64,000 nt of DNA from Promethearchaeota archaeon (GTDB lineage Archaea; Asgardarchaeota; Lokiarchaeia; Sigyniarchaeales; SOKP01), in the NCBI GenBank assembly GCA_016839765.1, contig JAEOTP010000012.1, positions 128,251-192,250 of the forward strand, read 5' to 3'. Position numbers and translations under genes: made by a program. Below are positions 9,113 through 20,003 of the stretch, in pieces (the first letter of the stretch is position 1; every line of letters begins with the position of its first letter). The notes beneath the pieces are model-generated. The model had not been told where the DNA came from, did no database searches, and was given only the letters and a program-made list of their open reading frames with translations.

Positions 9113-11869
9113 ATGTCAGAAATTACCTGGGATAAATACAGCTTAAAAATAAATGAAAAGAGAATCTTCCTTTTAGGTGGTGAATTTCATTATTGGAGGT
9201 TGCCTGATAGAGAACGTTGGAAAGATATACTAAAAATGTATAAAATTGCCGGTTTAAATAGTGTCAGAATCTATTTTCATTGGGGATATCATAATCCTAA
9301 GGAAGGAAAATATTATTTTGAAGGTAATAGAGATGTAAAATATTTATTAGAATTATGTGAAGAATTAGGTTTATATGTATTTATTGCTCAAGGGCCTTAT
9401 ATTTGTGCTGAAACAACAGCTGGAGGATACCCTTTATGGCTTTTAGGAAGGAGAGATATAAGAATTAAACACTTGGAAAATATAGGTAAATCAGTTTACG
9501 ATCCTCATTACATGAAATATTGTAAACAATGGTATGAAAACTTTATAAGTTTAATTAAAAAACACCAAATTACGAAAAATCCACGAGGTAAAATAATTGC
9601 TTTCCAGATAGAGAATGAATATATTGAACATGAATCAATACTTAGGAGATATATGCAAGATCTTATCTCTTATGCTGAAAAATTTGGTATCACGGTTCCC
9701 AATTTTCATAATGATGTAGAAGAATTAGGATCTTGGAATGGATTGGTTGACCTATATGGTTTTGATAAATATCCTATTTTGGCAGATAAAACCCCAGAAA
9801 GTTTACCACTTACTAATTGGAGATTTGTTTCATTCCGTAAAAAAGTTGATCGCCTTGAAGAAAAGGTGAGATCTTTAGGAGCAGCCGCTGCTAATTCTCC
9901 ACTTTTTATTCCGGAACTTCAAGGAGGGTGGTATAATCATTGGGGTATAATTTATGGTTATGATACTTTATTTAATTTTTATGGAGAAACGCATCAGAAA
10001 ATGCTACTTCAGAGCTTAGCAGCTCAAGGAGTTACAATGATGTTATTTTATATGTTCTATGGTGGAACTACATGGGGCTCACTTCCTAATCCTGAGGTTT
10101 ATACCAGTTATGATTATTCAGCAAGTATAAGAGAATATGGATTCCAATCATCTAGAATGAGACATTTAAGATTATTATCGTTATTCATTCAAAGTTTTAA
10201 AGATAGTTTTTTTGAGACAGATTTAGTAGATCCCCCTGAAATTATATGCGATCAAAAAAACATATTTAATAGGCAACGGTTAGGAAATGACGGAACTAAT
10301 TTCTATTTCTTCAGAAATTTCAATAAGAATAGTATCGAGGAATTTAATATAGTTCTCTCAGAAAATTTACAAATACCTAAAGAGAAAAACCAGTATTTAC
10401 GATCTCGTGATTCTTTCATAGCAATTGGAAATCATCAAATGGGAGATTTCCATATAAGATTTTGTTCATTGAATATAATTCTAAAGGGATCTTATGCTAA
10501 TGGACATCTTATTGTTGTAATCAATAACGGTGGTGAATTATTACTTGAAGGAACCGATTTTGAAATACGTGGAAAAATAAAATCCTTTTTTGAAGACCAT
10601 TTTACTAGAATATCATTTGATTCCCAAGGATCTGGCCTTATAACTAATAAAAATGAAAAGAAGTTGTATATCATTTGTTTATCTGAGGAAATGGCACTTA
10701 CTTTAAATGCAGATTTTAATGAATCTGATATACGACTAGCATGGGGGGCGTATTCATTGTTTTTTTCTAAGAATAATAATATAGAAACTGAGATTCTAGA
10801 ATCCCAAACTGTTTGGATTTTAGATTCTAAAAATACAGCTGATGACTTTGAAAAAGTGGAGGATTCAATTATTCCTGGATTAATGAAAAAGAGATATTCA
10901 CCCAAAATTGAATTACCTGAGTTATCATTTGGTACATGGTACAAGCTTAAAACGAATTGGGCTAATCAGGATGATTCTAATATCTGGAAAGAGATCAATT
11001 TCGAAATTGATAAAGATCCTATAGATCATAATTATGTGTGTGGGCATGTATTATATAAATGTGAGTTCTATACTTCTAACTTACAAAATATTACTATTAA
11101 GATTAATTCAAGACATAAAACTGTAGTTTGGCTTAATAATCAATTCATTGGGGGGCATAATACCTACAGCATAAATTCTATGCAACCTGGAGCCATGATG
11201 GGTATAGATCCTTCAGATAAAGGCGGGGAAATTTACGATTTAACTAAATATACTAAAAATAATAAAAATATTTTATTCATTTTAACAGAAAATTTAGGTC
11301 AAAATAAAAATTTCTTTGTTGCAAATGATCTTAGAAATCCTAGAGGAATTTTATCTGTGGATTTTTCTAGACCACTTACTTCAGAAAGTTGGTATATCTC
11401 TGGAATTGATGTAACTAAATTAAAGCAATCATATAATACTTCCGGACTTCCAGGAGAAAAATTTGGTTTTCAACATGGTGAAGGTAAGGAATGGATAGAA
11501 ATCAATCATCAACTAACCGTAACACCAAATGACCAAATAATCTGGTATAAAACTATTTTTAATTGGAAAATAGAAGAAAAAGTAAGAATACCCCTGAGAT
11601 TACATATTGAAGGTAAACATAATGTGCATATATTCTTAAATGGACTTTACATTGGAAATTATTGGGGTGCTTATGGTCCACAACATGATTTTTACATAAT
11701 GGATAAATTATTAAAAAAAGAAAATGTGTTAGTTTTGGCATGTTGGACAACAGAGAAAGATGATTTAAAAATATCAATTAAACCATATAAAATAAAAACT
11801 GATAGCGGTAATATTGATGAAGAGGGAATAGTTTTTGCCACTCAAAAACATACAATAAAAGTAGATTAA
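9113..11869 (+). CDS. Beta-galactosidase, glycoside hydrolase family 35
   Basis: GGEFHYWR, GPYICAE, FQIENEY (acid/base), PELQGGW (nucleophile), YMFYGGT, TSYDY. Confidence 0.93.
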   Translation: MSEITWDKYSLKINEKRIFLLGGEFHYWRLPDRERWKDILKMYKIAGLNSVRIYFHWGYHNPKEGKYYFEGNRDVKYLLELCEELGLYVFIAQGPYICAETTAGGYPLWLLGRRDIRIKHLENIGKSVYDPHYMKYCKQWYENFISLIKKHQITKNPRGKIIAFQIENEYIEHESILRRYMQDLISYAEKFGITVPNFHNDVEELGSWNGLVDLYGFDKYPILADKTPESLPLTNWRFVSFRKKVDRLEEKVRSLGAAAANSPLFIPELQGGWYNHWGIIYGYDTLFNFYGETHQKMLLQSLAAQGVTMMLFYMFYGGTTWGSLPNPEVYTSYDYSASIREYGFQSSRMRHLRLLSLFIQSFKDSFFETDLVDPPEIICDQKNIFNRQRLGNDGTNFYFFRNFNKNSIEEFNIVLSENLQIPKEKNQYLRSRDSFIAIGNHQMGDFHIRFCSLNIILKGSYANGHLIVVINNGGELLLEGTDFEIRGKIKSFFEDHFTRISFDSQGSGLITNKNEKKLYIICLSEEMALTLNADFNESDIRLAWGAYSLFFSKNNNIETEILESQTVWILDSKNTADDFEKVEDSIIPGLMKKRYSPKIELPELSFGTWYKLKTNWANQDDSNIWKEINFEIDKDPIDHNYVCGHVLYKCEFYTSNLQNITIKINSRHKTVVWLNNQFIGGHNTYSINSMQPGAMMGIDPSDKGGEIYDLTKYTKNNKNILFILTENLGQNKNFFVANDLRNPRGILSVDFSRPLTSESWYISGIDVTKLKQSYNTSGLPGEKFGFQHGEGKEWIEINHQLTVTPNDQIIWYKTIFNWKIEEKVRIPLRLHIEGKHNVHIFLNGLYIGNYWGAYGPQHDFYIMDKLLKKENVLVLACWTTEKDDLKISIKPYKIKTDSGNIDEEGIVFATQKHTIKVD

Positions 11870-11984
11870 AATCTTTATTCTTAAATTTTTATAATCAAAA
11901 ATCTTTTAGATTAAAATCAATTTTATTTAATATTCTATGTATTCACCTTAGAAAATATTATCTACAAATTTTGGATTAAGGCAT

Positions 11985-13235
11985 ATGATTGAAAAAACTC
12001 CAAATAGCAATAAATCATCAAATAATAGAAAAATTTTCAAATACCGAATGCTAACTCCACTTTGGATTGCTGTATTTATTGATATCATTGGTTTTTCCAT
12101 GATTTTACCGATGGCACCTTCTATTGCTGAAGATTTCGATATAGAAATATTTCTAATGGGGATAGCTCTTTCTGTAAATGCTATGTTTTCATTCATTTTT
12201 GGACCATTATTAGGAAAGCTAAGTGATAGATATGGAAGAAAACCTTTACTTTTAATTTCGCAAGTAGGTACTTGTGCAGGATTTTTATTGCTAGCTTTTT
12301 CTAATTCAATTTGGATGTTAATTATATCACGTATAGTTGATGGAGTTTTTGGTGGTAATTTTCCGATTGCAAAAGCAATTATTGGTGATGAGGTGCCACC
12401 TAAAGACAGAAGTATTCAAATGGCAAATATAGGTGTAGCTCATGTATTAGCCTCTCTTATTGGACCAGGTTTAGGGGGTATACTCTATGAAATTGGAATA
12501 CTCTATAATATTGGTGGAATTCTTCTTCCTGGTTTATTTGCTGCCGGATTATCTGTCTTTACTATAATAATAACGATTTTTATATTAGAAGAAACTTGGC
12601 CTAAATCGAGACGTCAAGATTATCATGAAATGAAAACAAAAGTTATAATTAAAATTAGAAAAAATAAAGGTGCTATGTTTTATTTAACTGTTTATGGTTT
12701 TCATACTGCTTCATTCATGATTGCAATGGCATCATTAGCATTTTTTGCTAAAATTATGTTTGGGATGGGACCTCCTGAAATTGGGATCTTATTAATGATC
12801 TCTGGCATTTTTCGAGCTACAATAAGATTTACTCTATTTAAACCTGTTATCACTAAATTAGGAGAAAACAATGCTATTTTAGTTGGTTTAGGTATATTTC
12901 TAGTCTCATTTTTGATTGTGGGTTTTTCTATTTCTGTTATTATGTTTTTTATCTTAATATTATTTATTAGTTTTGCCGCCTCATTGACACGAGGACCATT
13001 GAATAGTAAAATTAGTCAATCAGTATCGCCAAGAGAGCAAGGTAAAATTAATGGTTATTCATCTGGATTAGATAGTTTTGCTCAGATTATAGGACCTTTA
13101 ATTGGCACATTTGTGCTTGGCTATTTTGCTCCTTACTTCTTAAGTTTTGTAATTGGTTCAATAGCCTTAGTTCCTTTTCTAATGGGTTTTAAAAAAGTAG
13201 AATTGAAAGAGCATAAATCAATTAAACTTAGTTAA
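11985..13235 (+). CDS. MFS transporter (TetA/DHA1-like)
   Basis: Motif A GKLSDRYGRKP, about 12 transmembrane segments, GPGLGG. Confidence 0.9.
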   Translation: MIEKTPNSNKSSNNRKIFKYRMLTPLWIAVFIDIIGFSMILPMAPSIAEDFDIEIFLMGIALSVNAMFSFIFGPLLGKLSDRYGRKPLLLISQVGTCAGFLLLAFSNSIWMLIISRIVDGVFGGNFPIAKAIIGDEVPPKDRSIQMANIGVAHVLASLIGPGLGGILYEIGILYNIGGILLPGLFAAGLSVFTIIITIFILEETWPKSRRQDYHEMKTKVIIKIRKNKGAMFYLTVYGFHTASFMIAMASLAFFAKIMFGMGPPEIGILLMISGIFRATIRFTLFKPVITKLGENNAILVGLGIFLVSFLIVGFSISVIMFFILILFISFAASLTRGPLNSKISQSVSPREQGKINGYSSGLDSFAQIIGPLIGTFVLGYFAPYFLSFVIGSIALVPFLMGFKKVELKEHKSIKLS

Positions 13236-14064
13236 TTAAAAAGTCTATAATATACTTATTGACTTCTGGAGCATTTTCTAACGGAAAATAATGACCTCCA
13301 TCAAATACAATAAGTTTACTTCTCTTTAACTTATTATTTAACTCTATACTTACACTTTTTGGAGATATTCTATCCTTTTCCGCAGCAAGTACTAGAACCT
13401 CATTCTGTATTTCATGGATTTGATCAATTGTGTTTAATCCTGCTATTGCATTGATTCTATTTTCAATATCATAAGGTTGTGAAGAATCTTTAAACACAAG
13501 GTCCATTAAATCACTTGTAGTAAAGATCCCATGAAATTTTTCCTCTGGTTCTTGAACCAGCTGTTTATAAAACTTTCGAGAAAATCTTTGTTTCATTTTT
13601 TTGAAAAATGCATTTTCAGGATCCTTCAGTTTCTCTTTATAAAATGCCAATTGACTATTCTTAAACATTTCAAGTCCAGATTTATCTACGGGGAGTTTTG
13701 TAAGAGCTGCGATGAGCACAAGTTTATTTACACGCAGAGGATACTGTATTACTAAATATTGGGCAATCATTGCTCCAGTCGCCCATCCAATTATATGGGC
13801 TTTTTGAATACCCAGTGCATCCAAAAGACATTTGACATCATCAGCAAGAGTTTCTAATTTATAGGGCTCTTTTGGGTGATCTGATTTTCCAGATCCCCTA
13901 TTATCTAAAGAAATCACCTTAAAATGTTTCGCTAATTCTGATATTTGTGCTATCCAAAATTCTTTATGCAAACCAAAACCATGAATTAGAACAACTGGAT
14001 ATCCTTCTCCATGGATTTCGTAGCACATTTTTATTCCATTAACAGTTGCATAAGATTCTGTCAA
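13228..14064 (-). CDS. Alpha/beta hydrolase paralog with Ala at the nucleophile position
   Basis: LIHGFG, DNRGSGKS, elbow GWATG, Asp in EKD, His in GGH. Confidence 0.85.
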   Translation of the reverse strand: MTESYATVNGIKMCYEIHGEGYPVVLIHGFGLHKEFWIAQISELAKHFKVISLDNRGSGKSDHPKEPYKLETLADDVKCLLDALGIQKAHIIGWATGAMIAQYLVIQYPLRVNKLVLIAALTKLPVDKSGLEMFKNSQLAFYKEKLKDPENAFFKKMKQRFSRKFYKQLVQEPEEKFHGIFTTSDLMDLVFKDSSQPYDIENRINAIAGLNTIDQIHEIQNEVLVLAAEKDRISPKSVSIELNNKLKRSKLIVFDGGHYFPLENAPEVNKYIIDFLIN

Positions 14065-14077
14065 ATTTATCGCTTTT

Positions 14078-14947
14078 CTAACTTTTTAAAAATTCAATTA
14101 TCAATTTGTTAACTTCTGGAGCTTTTTCTAAAATAGACTGATGAGCTGCTTTTTCAATTATTATTAATTTACTATTTGGGATAAGTTCATGAGTTTTTTC
14201 GTTCATAGTCGTGGTACAAGTTTTATCTTTTTCTGCTGCCAGAATAAGTACTTTATTTCTTATTGAAGGTAATCTTTCATAAACATTGTGCGTTTTAAGA
14301 GCTTCTACTTGATTATTTATATCTTTTACTGTAGTAGGATTATTCAGTTTTTCTTGTACTAAGTCCTCAACCGACCATATTCCATGAAAATTTTTTTTGG
14401 GATTCTCCACCATTAATTTCCAAAATGAGCGAGAATAACTTCTTTTCGCGCCTTCTAAAAATTTATTAATTGGATCTTGCTTCAGTTCTTTAAGACTAGT
14501 TATAGCGTTTTTTCTGTACATTTCTATCCCTTTTTCATTAGGGACTCCTGGAAGGGTTATTCCTGAGAGAGTATTTATTAAGATTACCTTATTAGTCCTA
14601 TGCGGATATTTAAGAATAAAGTTCTGTACTATCATACCTCCTAATGAATGTCCTATAATATGAGCTTTTTCAATCTCCAAATAATCCATTAAAGCATTAA
14701 TATCGTCCGCATAAAGTTCCATTGAATAGGGCCCATCAGGTCTTTCTGATTTTCCTGCGCCTCGGTTATCAAATCTAATTACTTTAAAATAATTAGACAA
14801 ATCCTCAACCTGAGCACGCCAGTGTTCTTTTTTATTACCAAAACCATGCACTAAAATAATTGGATATCCTTTGCCATGGATTTCATAGCAAATATTTATA
14901 CCATTAACTTCTGCAAATTCTTCGCTCATAATGATTAAATAAATCAA
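14078..14947 (-). CDS. Alpha/beta hydrolase
   Basis: VHGFG, DNRGAGKS, GHSLGG, EKD, AAH. The start may be the ATG at 14929. Confidence 0.9.
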   Translation of the reverse strand: MIYLIIMSEEFAEVNGINICYEIHGKGYPIILVHGFGNKKEHWRAQVEDLSNYFKVIRFDNRGAGKSERPDGPYSMELYADDINALMDYLEIEKAHIIGHSLGGMIVQNFILKYPHRTNKVILINTLSGITLPGVPNEKGIEMYRKNAITSLKELKQDPINKFLEGAKRSYSRSFWKLMVENPKKNFHGIWSVEDLVQEKLNNPTTVKDINNQVEALKTHNVYERLPSIRNKVLILAAEKDKTCTTTMNEKTHELIPNSKLIIIEKAAHQSILEKAPEVNKLIIEFLKS

Positions 14948-14987
14948 TGAATTTATTAAGAGTTTTCACTCGCTATTTATAAAATTT

Positions 14988-16040
14988 TCACATTTTGCAT
15001 ATAGAAGATCTACAATACTTACAATTTCCATGAATATCCAAATATAACTCATTAACTCCTAAACCTGATCTCTCAATAACTAATTTTGAACACTTATTAC
15101 AATAAGTATTTTCATATTTTGAATAAGGTAAATTTCCTAAGTAAACAAATTTTAATCCAACTTCTTTTGCAATCTCATAAGATTGAGTCAAAAGTTTTTT
15201 TGGGGTAGGATTAAAAAGATCATACTTATTTGATTTATGATGCGGAAAAAACCGTGTTAAATGAAGAGGAGTATTATCACCTAAATCATTTAAAATTCTC
15301 TGTGCGATCCGCTTTATTATCTCTTGATTTGCATTCAAGTTCTCAATCAATAATGTTGTAATTTCGATATGAACACCAGATTCTTTTGCTATTTTTGCAT
15401 TTCTCCACACTTTCTCTACATCAGCTCCACAATATCTTTTAACCATATCTGCTTCTCCCTTAATATCAATATTCATTGCGTTTAAACCATTTTTGATTAA
15501 CTCCTTCAATACTCCTTCGGTCATATATCCATTAGTAACATAAGTGTTGTAAAGCCCTTCCTTTTTAGCTAATTTAAAGACCTCTAATGAGTATTCAAAG
15601 AGCAAAGTGGGTTCATTAAAAGAAATTGAAGTGCCTTGGCAATTATTCTTTATTGCTATTTTAATTATTTCTTCTGGTGTTAAGTAATCTTTTGAATTTT
15701 TGACTATATTGCGAATATCTTCCTTAGGATGTGAAATGTGATGATTTTGACACCAAAAACAGCTAAAATTACAGCCATAGGTTCCAATTGTAATTGCAAC
15801 ACTTCCAGGATAAAAATGATATAAAGGCTTCTTCTCTATGGGATTAAAAGATAACGCAGGAATTAATCCATAAACAATACTGAAAATTTCTCCATTAAGA
15901 TTGATACGAGTTTGACAAAAACCTGAATCTCCATTGGAAATTTTACATCTACGTTCACAGGTTAAACATTGAGAAATGTTTTCATCAATTCTTTCTTGAT
16001 ATTTGGCTTTTTTTAAATACTGTGGATTAGTAAAATCCAT
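14988..16040 (-). CDS. amrS: AmmeMemoRadiSam-system radical SAM enzyme
   Basis: N-terminal CLTCERRC...FC, PIEKKPLYHF, GCNFSCFWCQN, RFFP, VYLGN, C-terminal CxxC pairs. Confidence 0.9.
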   Translation of the reverse strand: MDFTNPQYLKKAKYQERIDENISQCLTCERRCKISNGDSGFCQTRINLNGEIFSIVYGLIPALSFNPIEKKPLYHFYPGSVAITIGTYGCNFSCFWCQNHHISHPKEDIRNIVKNSKDYLTPEEIIKIAIKNNCQGTSISFNEPTLLFEYSLEVFKLAKKEGLYNTYVTNGYMTEGVLKELIKNGLNAMNIDIKGEADMVKRYCGADVEKVWRNAKIAKESGVHIEITTLLIENLNANQEIIKRIAQRILNDLGDNTPLHLTRFFPHHKSNKYDLFNPTPKKLLTQSYEIAKEVGLKFVYLGNLPYSKYENTYCNKCSKLVIERSGLGVNELYLDIHGNCKYCRSSICKM

Positions 16041-16051
16041 ACATTCTCATT

Positions 16052-16333
16052 TTAAACTTTAAATAGATGATAAACTTCGGGTGGTTTTTCTTCCCAATCT
16101 TCAAAGGGGTCACCTTTAACTGCTTCACTCATGGCGGATCTTGCAGCAAGCCAATCTTCTTTTGAATTCCAGATAGCAAGACCAATAAGACGACCTCTAT
16201 CTTCATCCTTGGTCGTATGAGCCGCAATAAGCCCTTCTTTTCCTTCCATAGCTTTTCCAAAGCGATGCATAGAATCGATAAGTAGCTGTTCTTTTTCTGG
16301 TTTGGGATAATGAATCGACATATGAACAAACAT
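16052..16333 (-). CDS. Antibiotic biosynthesis monooxygenase (ABM)-like protein
   Basis: 93 aa with the dimeric alpha/beta-barrel pattern GLI...IGLAIWNSKEDW. Confidence 0.65.
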   Translation of the reverse strand: MFVHMSIHYPKPEKEQLLIDSMHRFGKAMEGKEGLIAAHTTKDEDRGRLIGLAIWNSKEDWLAARSAMSEAVKGDPFEDWEEKPPEVYHLFKV

Positions 16334-16353
16334 TGGTTTTCACTCTTGTTAAT

Positions 16354-17724
16354 TTATTTAGATTTTAATAATAAACGTAACAAATGAAAAACTTTAGCGA
16401 ATAAATTTTTCATTAAAGGAAAATCCATTACATATCTTATGGTTTTTAATAACCTATATTTCTTTGGTTTAAATGTGCTTAAATCCTTGTCATACGTGAT
16501 TTGTTGTATATAAAAGTTTTTATTAAAAAAGGATAAAATCAGAGAATAAGTCATAATTGCTATAATATCCCATGCCCTACTAATATGATCTCTGGGATAA
16601 TTCATCTTTTCTCCTAAGGCCATCCTCACAATCTCAATAACATGAAAAATCTCTATTTTACTTCTTAAAAGCTCTTTAGTGGCCCATAATAAATAAATGC
16701 AGCCACCACAATAAGATATTAAGGCTTTTGCTCCTGTTTCTTCTGCTTCTTTAAACTTTTTCATCCCTTCAGTGATAATATCAAAAATTATCGATATATT
16801 TTTAACCCAAGATGCTCCAGAGCCAAATCCGCAACACAACGAATCTTGTTTATTATGTTTCATTTCAATTATCCTGCATCCGCACTTTTTTATTATTTTT
16901 CTAGGATTCTCCCAATAAGGACCTTCTAAAGCCTTTGAATAGCAATTATCATGAATAGTAACACTCAAATTTAACTGCTTCTTTAAGTTTAACTCTCCAG
17001 AATTTATTTTATCTAAAACCCATTGATTAAAATTGATAAAATTTTGAGAGTGATTTACTCCCATCTCCTTAGGATGGACTTCTTTAAATATAAATTCTAC
17101 CGCATCCAAGCACGTGACAATATTTTTAATGCCCCAAGAATCAAAATCATTCTTCGTTCTTTGAGCGATCCTTTGAACAATATCTAAGTAACCCCCTTGA
17201 TATAAGTAGGCTCCTCCCTCCCATTGGTCAATTCTATCAATAGGCTTGAAATAATCCAATAATTGGCTTCCCCCAATTATAAATGGAAATAAATGGGTAT
17301 AATTTCCAATTAATAAAGGTGTGTCATTTGGTTTTGGGACATAATGCATCCATTTATAAATCCATCTTCTTTCTTGATTTGAAAGAAATACATTGAGAAG
17401 CTGCCAAATATTGGATTCCATAGTAGGACACACAAATCGATACAATGGAGGAGCACCTCGCTCTTTATACAGGTCATTCCATCTTTCAAGAATTAGTTGG
17501 TAAGGATTCGCACGTTCAGGACAATACAGATTACATGAAAGGCAAGTAGTGCATTTATATAGAGCATATTCAGACTCTTTTCCTTCAATTAAATTCTTAA
17601 CTTCTTTTTTTGCTACTTCAATTGGCAATTTTAAAACAGGACATAAATTTAGGCAATCCCCGCATAAGTTGCATAGATCCTTCCTGAAACCTGGAATTCT
17701 TTTTACTTTACTCATTTTTACCAA
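16354..17724 (-). CDS. Fe-S oxidoreductase, HdrD/GlpC-like (2x4Fe-4S + CCG domains), first CCG degenerate
   Basis: CNLCGDCLNLCP, CTTCLSCNLYCP, HDNCY, CCGFG, YCGGC. Confidence 0.85.
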   Translation of the reverse strand: MVKMSKVKRIPGFRKDLCNLCGDCLNLCPVLKLPIEVAKKEVKNLIEGKESEYALYKCTTCLSCNLYCPERANPYQLILERWNDLYKERGAPPLYRFVCPTMESNIWQLLNVFLSNQERRWIYKWMHYVPKPNDTPLLIGNYTHLFPFIIGGSQLLDYFKPIDRIDQWEGGAYLYQGGYLDIVQRIAQRTKNDFDSWGIKNIVTCLDAVEFIFKEVHPKEMGVNHSQNFINFNQWVLDKINSGELNLKKQLNLSVTIHDNCYSKALEGPYWENPRKIIKKCGCRIIEMKHNKQDSLCCGFGSGASWVKNISIIFDIITEGMKKFKEAEETGAKALISYCGGCIYLLWATKELLRSKIEIFHVIEIVRMALGEKMNYPRDHISRAWDIIAIMTYSLILSFFNKNFYIQQITYDKDLSTFKPKKYRLLKTIRYVMDFPLMKNLFAKVFHLLRLLLKSK

Positions 17725-18989
17725 GCCTCACCATATTTTGGAGGATCCTCAGATATTTTTGCTAATCGAAATGTTTTTTTTGAGGGAATTTTAGGAACTT
17801 GTTTCCACATAGTACCCCAAAAGAAATGTTTTGCGCGCTTTTTCTTTGCTTTTTTTGTTAAAGAAGGTTTTTCTCCAATTGCCATTTGAAGTAATTCAAT
17901 AATATGATAAACCTTAAGCTTTCTGAAATATAATTTTTTATTTGCTGTAAATGTTGCAAGGCAACCCGCACAATATATACACAGAGCATCAGCTTTAGTC
18001 TTTTTAAAATCTCTAAAGTTTCTAAGAGTTGATGATCTGATTTTAAATGGGTGATAGGCAGAATTTACTGAAAAGCCAGCTCCTATTCCACAGCATCGCA
18101 TATGTGTTCTAGAGGAATCAGTCTCAATAACTTTAATCCCTATAGCATCTAAGATTTTACGTGGTAAGTCCATGTAATCATCACCAAACATCTTGGAATA
18201 GCAAGAATCTTGAATTGTAACTGTCATGTTTAATTTATTTTTAATTTTTATTTCCGAATTTTCAATTTTTTCCCATAAATATTGAATATATGATTCTATT
18301 TTATCAAATTTATAAGTTAAGCCATATTGAGGAAGTATATTTTTGAATACATTTGTACCTGCGGTACATAATACAAGTAGATTTTTTGGCTTTAATATAT
18401 TAAACCACTTATCTAATCTTTTGGTGACTTGAAAAAGCTCGTCTTTATATCCAGTTCGAAATAAAGTTTCACCACAACAATATTCCAAACGCCCTCTAAT
18501 ATCAAGTCCTTTAAATAAACTTGTTTGAGTAAGTTCAGCAAATGTTATAATATTGCATCCAGGGTACGTTAAAGTGTCACCTTTTAAAGGTTTTAATGAA
18601 GCCCATTGTTTAACAAGTTCTTTTGCCTGTATTGGTAGATGTTCCATAACATAAGAACGAAAATTTGGATAATGAGGATATAGTGTCATATAATATTTTC
18701 CTCTTTTCTTTAAACCTTCTTTCTTATATTGTTCATTCCAGCGCTGTAAAATAAGACTTGTTGGATGGGCATTTTTAGGGCAGTAAAAATTACATGAAAA
18801 ACAACTTTGACACTTAGTTAGAACTTGCGAAGTTTCAACTCCAGCAATTAATTTTTTCATTTCTTCGACAGCTAAATCAATAGGAAGCTGCATTACAGGG
18901 CATATATGAAAACATATACCACATAAACTGCATGCATCTTCTTTAAAACCAGAAAAAAAATCAATATCAACAGGTTCAATTTTAGACAT
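17718..18989 (-). CDS. Fe-S oxidoreductase, HdrD/GlpC-like (2x4Fe-4S + 2 CCG domains)
   Basis: CSLCGICFHICP, CQSCFSCNFYCP, YPGC, YCCG, QDSCY, RCCG, YCAGC. Confidence 0.87.
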   Translation of the reverse strand: MSKIEPVDIDFFSGFKEDACSLCGICFHICPVMQLPIDLAVEEMKKLIAGVETSQVLTKCQSCFSCNFYCPKNAHPTSLILQRWNEQYKKEGLKKRGKYYMTLYPHYPNFRSYVMEHLPIQAKELVKQWASLKPLKGDTLTYPGCNIITFAELTQTSLFKGLDIRGRLEYCCGETLFRTGYKDELFQVTKRLDKWFNILKPKNLLVLCTAGTNVFKNILPQYGLTYKFDKIESYIQYLWEKIENSEIKIKNKLNMTVTIQDSCYSKMFGDDYMDLPRKILDAIGIKVIETDSSRTHMRCCGIGAGFSVNSAYHPFKIRSSTLRNFRDFKKTKADALCIYCAGCLATFTANKKLYFRKLKVYHIIELLQMAIGEKPSLTKKAKKKRAKHFFWGTMWKQVPKIPSKKTFRLAKISEDPPKYGEAW

Positions 18990-19102
18990 CTTAACTACAG
19001 CCCAATAATAATTATTATTTTATAAGAATCAATATCCCTTTATTTACTACTAGCAAGAATTAATATAAATTTTTAAATCTAAATGAAAATTATGGTTTAT
19101 CT

Positions 19103-19918
19103 TTATGAGGCAATGATTAGAATTATAATGTAAACAAATATCAAATTGCCCAAAATAATTCCCGTATCTTTTAATGAAGTTTTTCCTAATAAATCTTTTC
19201 TAGGTTTCCTGAAAATATACATAACTCCAATTGGGAATATTACAATTGGTAGAAAAATCAAATAATTAGTAATTATTAATGATGCTATAGACACTGTTAA
19301 TGCAATTAACGAAGAGATCCACATAACAATTTGAGAAGATCTCGATTTTAACCGAGCAAGGGCGTCTCCATCAATCATTTCATGTAGCATTTGCCCTACA
19401 AAACCAGCGGAAGTTACTGAGACTACAATAAGCCACTCAGCTAATGTCAAATTTGGAAAGTAATTCAAGATAGTGTCTCCTGCGTTAATTTTTATCATAA
19501 AATAAGGTAAAAAAATGTGAGAAATTCCTAATATAACATGGTTTATTATCACCAATTTTTTAAATAGACAGTAGAAAACTACCATAATTACGATTAATAC
19601 TAAATAAATAGCTAATAAGGGTTTAATTATAATATCATTCAAGAAACACATGGTACCTATGGTAAAACTTGAAATTGAAAGAACAGCTATTTCTTTACGC
19701 CCATATCCCTTAACTCGCTCAAGAGTTTCTTTTTCATTAGGATCCTTCATATCAATTACATCATTAAGAGTATTTCCTGTAATGGCGTAAAAACTAAAAC
19801 CAGCTAAAATCCAAATGTGAGAAACTACATCATAATTATTCAAATATATGCATAATAAACATGGGATTAATACAGAAAAGAGATACTCTACTCGAAGAAG
19901 TCTAAATCCCTTACTCAT
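19103..19918 (-). CDS. UbiA-family prenyltransferase
   Basis: Multi-pass protein with Asp-rich motifs NDVIDMKD and HEMIDGD. Confidence 0.75.
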   Translation of the reverse strand: MSKGFRLLRVEYLFSVLIPCLLCIYLNNYDVVSHIWILAGFSFYAITGNTLNDVIDMKDPNEKETLERVKGYGRKEIAVLSISSFTIGTMCFLNDIIIKPLLAIYLVLIVIMVVFYCLFKKLVIINHVILGISHIFLPYFMIKINAGDTILNYFPNLTLAEWLIVVSVTSAGFVGQMLHEMIDGDALARLKSRSSQIVMWISSLIALTVSIASLIITNYLIFLPIVIFPIGVMYIFRKPRKDLLGKTSLKDTGIILGNLIFVYIIILIIAS

Positions 19919-20003
19919 GAATCCAAAACACTTTAAAATTTTTCATTCAAAACTAATTCTTTATTATCTTTAAAATGATTTAAAGCTTTAGAGGGAATTT
20001 TTA

